A stretch of 64,000 nt of DNA from Mustelus asterias. Lineage: Eukaryota. The translations under genes and the position numbers were made by a program. The stretch covers positions 68,014,001 through 68,078,000 of the forward strand of contig NC_135804.1 in assembly GCF_964213995.1 (NCBI RefSeq). The letters are read 5' to 3'. The notes below the pieces were generated by a model, which saw only the letters and a list, made by a program, of their open reading frames with translations, made no database searches and had not been told where the DNA came from. Shown one piece after another: positions 62,165 to 64,000 of the stretch (position 1 is its first letter; the number at the start of each line of letters is the position of its first letter).

Positions 62165-62520
62165 TTCAGTGCCCGGAATCAGGGTTTAGTTTCGGCCTGT
62201 GTTGCCTGTCTCTGCGGTGTTTGCGTGTTCTTCCTTGTCTGCGTCGGTTTCCTCCGGGTGCATTGCTTTCCTCCCACAATCCCAAGATTTGCAGGTTCGG
62301 CAGATGAGCCATGCTGAAATTATTCATTTTTGCCCAAAGAGTTGTAGGATCAGTGGATTACGAGAATAGATGGGCCTGTGGGAAATGACACTCGGCGTGG
62401 GAGGAGTGCGGGTTGGAATGGCGGCAGTGATTGAGATCGGGTAAGATAGTCTTTTGGAAAGTCTGCGCAGAATCGATGGACCGAATGGCTCCTGCTGCAC
62501 TGCCGAGATTCTATGGTTCT
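62165..62520 (+). mobile_element. Decayed V-SINE
   Basis: gtttcctccgggtgcattgctttcctcccaca; ggaccgaatggctcctgctgcactg tail. Confidence 0.7.
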
Positions 62521-62699
62521 CCGAAGTAGACCAAACAGTCCATCGAACATTCTTCACGATACCAAATGGTCAATATTGGGCTTCAACTCCAAGTTGCTGC
62601 TGCTCCTCATATCCCTTGATTCTCTCAGGGACCGTAAGATTATCCTAATCTGAAATGTAAAGGAACAGATGAAGTTGTGTTACTTTTAAATGGAAATAA

Positions 62700-63445
62700 C
62701 CGGCTGTATGGTAGGACTCTTGGCAGAGTGGAAGATCAGAAGGATCTTGGGGCCCGAGTTCATAGGACGCTCAAAGCAGCTGTGCAGGTTGAGGCTGTGG
62801 TTCAGAAGGAGTATGGTCTGCTGGCCTTCATCAATCGAGGAATTGAGTTGAGGAGTCGTGAGGTAAGGTTGCAGCTATATAAGACCCTGGTCAGACCACA
62901 CTTGGAGTACTGTGCTCAGTTCTGGTCGCCTCATTACAGGAAGGATGTGGAAGCCATAGAAAGGGTGCAGAGGAGATTTACAAGGAAGTTGCTTGGTTTG
63001 GGGAGCATGCCTTATGAGGATAGGTTGAGTGAGCTCGGCCTTTTCTCCTTGGAGAGACGAAGGATGAGGGGTGACCTGATAGAGGTGCATAAGATGTTGA
63101 GTGGTATTGATCGAGTGGATAGTCAGAGACTTTTTCCCAGGGCTGAAATGGTTGCAACTAGAGGACACAGGTTTAAGGTGCTGGGGAGTAGGTACAGAGG
63201 AGGTGTCAGGGGTAAGTGTTTCACTCAGAGGGTGGTGGGTGCGTGGAATGGGCTGCCAGCAACGGTGGTGGAGGCGGATTCGATAGGGTCTTTTAAGAGA
63301 CTTTTAGATAAGTACATGGAACTTAGTAAGATAGAGGGTTATAGGTAAGCCTAGTAATCGCTAAGGGAGGGACATGTTCGGCACAGCTTTGTGGGCTGAA
63401 GGGCCTGTATTGTGCTGTCGTTTCTCTATGTTCTATGTTTCTATG
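62700..63445 (+). mobile_element. CR1 3' fragment
   Basis: Open ORF2 C-terminus to 63348; (ctatgttt)n tail; similar to the 168-4771 subfamily. Confidence 0.93.
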
Positions 63446-64000
63446 TATGCAGTGCCGCAACCAGGTAATATCGCAAGCAGTATTGTTTCTTCGAATTCAA
63501 AACATTTTGCATTAAACCCATTTTCGTTGTTGCATTAATGTGTTAATTCAATGAATAAAGCACATCCTGTTCCAATTGATAGTGGGCACATTCGCTAAAT
63601 CATTGCATTACATTGAAACTTAAAATGATGATGCGACATTTTTGAAGACAATCTGCCTGTAGGTGAAGCAAATAACTAAAGAGTGAGAGTACAGCTGTCT
63701 TACTGAACGCAGGTTTAGTTTTAATTTTTAAAGGGGGAGAGGGTGTGTTGTTCGACTGTAACCAATGGCAACATTGGATCAGTTGTAGTGTGACCAATGC
63801 TAACAAGCTATAAGGGTCAGATGACCGAGTAAACTATGTAACCAATGTCAAAATGATGTGGTGGTCAGATGACCAGCTGACCTCAGTATAACTAAAAATC
63901 TGTTGGGAATTGGGGAGAGGTTGGAATCGCCGTGAGGCCTGAAGTGCTGCATTAAACCATTTTCTTTGATTTATGAATTGGAGCAAGTCTTGTTTTATTT

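Overview
Repeat-dominated vertebrate genomic DNA, almost certainly from a cartilaginous fish (shark-type HE1/V-SINEs and their CR1/HER1-type LINE partners). Most of the window is retroelements: many CR1 LINEs (one full-length with 5'UTR monomers, one with an intact 939-aa ORF2), an older CR1/L2-group LINE family, a Rex1/Babar LINE, a Tx1-type 3' fragment, a decayed Gmr1-like Gypsy element and five Penelope-like (Neptune-type, GIY-YIG) insertions. The Penelope-like copies carry six minimal hammerhead ribozymes. Four of the five are fold-back structures, and three of those show a consistent 37-41 nt unpaired tail plus target-site duplications (TSDs). The only host gene I can support is a minus-strand immunoglobulin-superfamily gene with leader, germline-joined VJ-type V exon and C1-set exon (15451-12920). 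No intact transmembrane exon was found and its 3' exons are uncertain. All calls were made by eye, without database searches; boundaries of decayed repeats are approximate.
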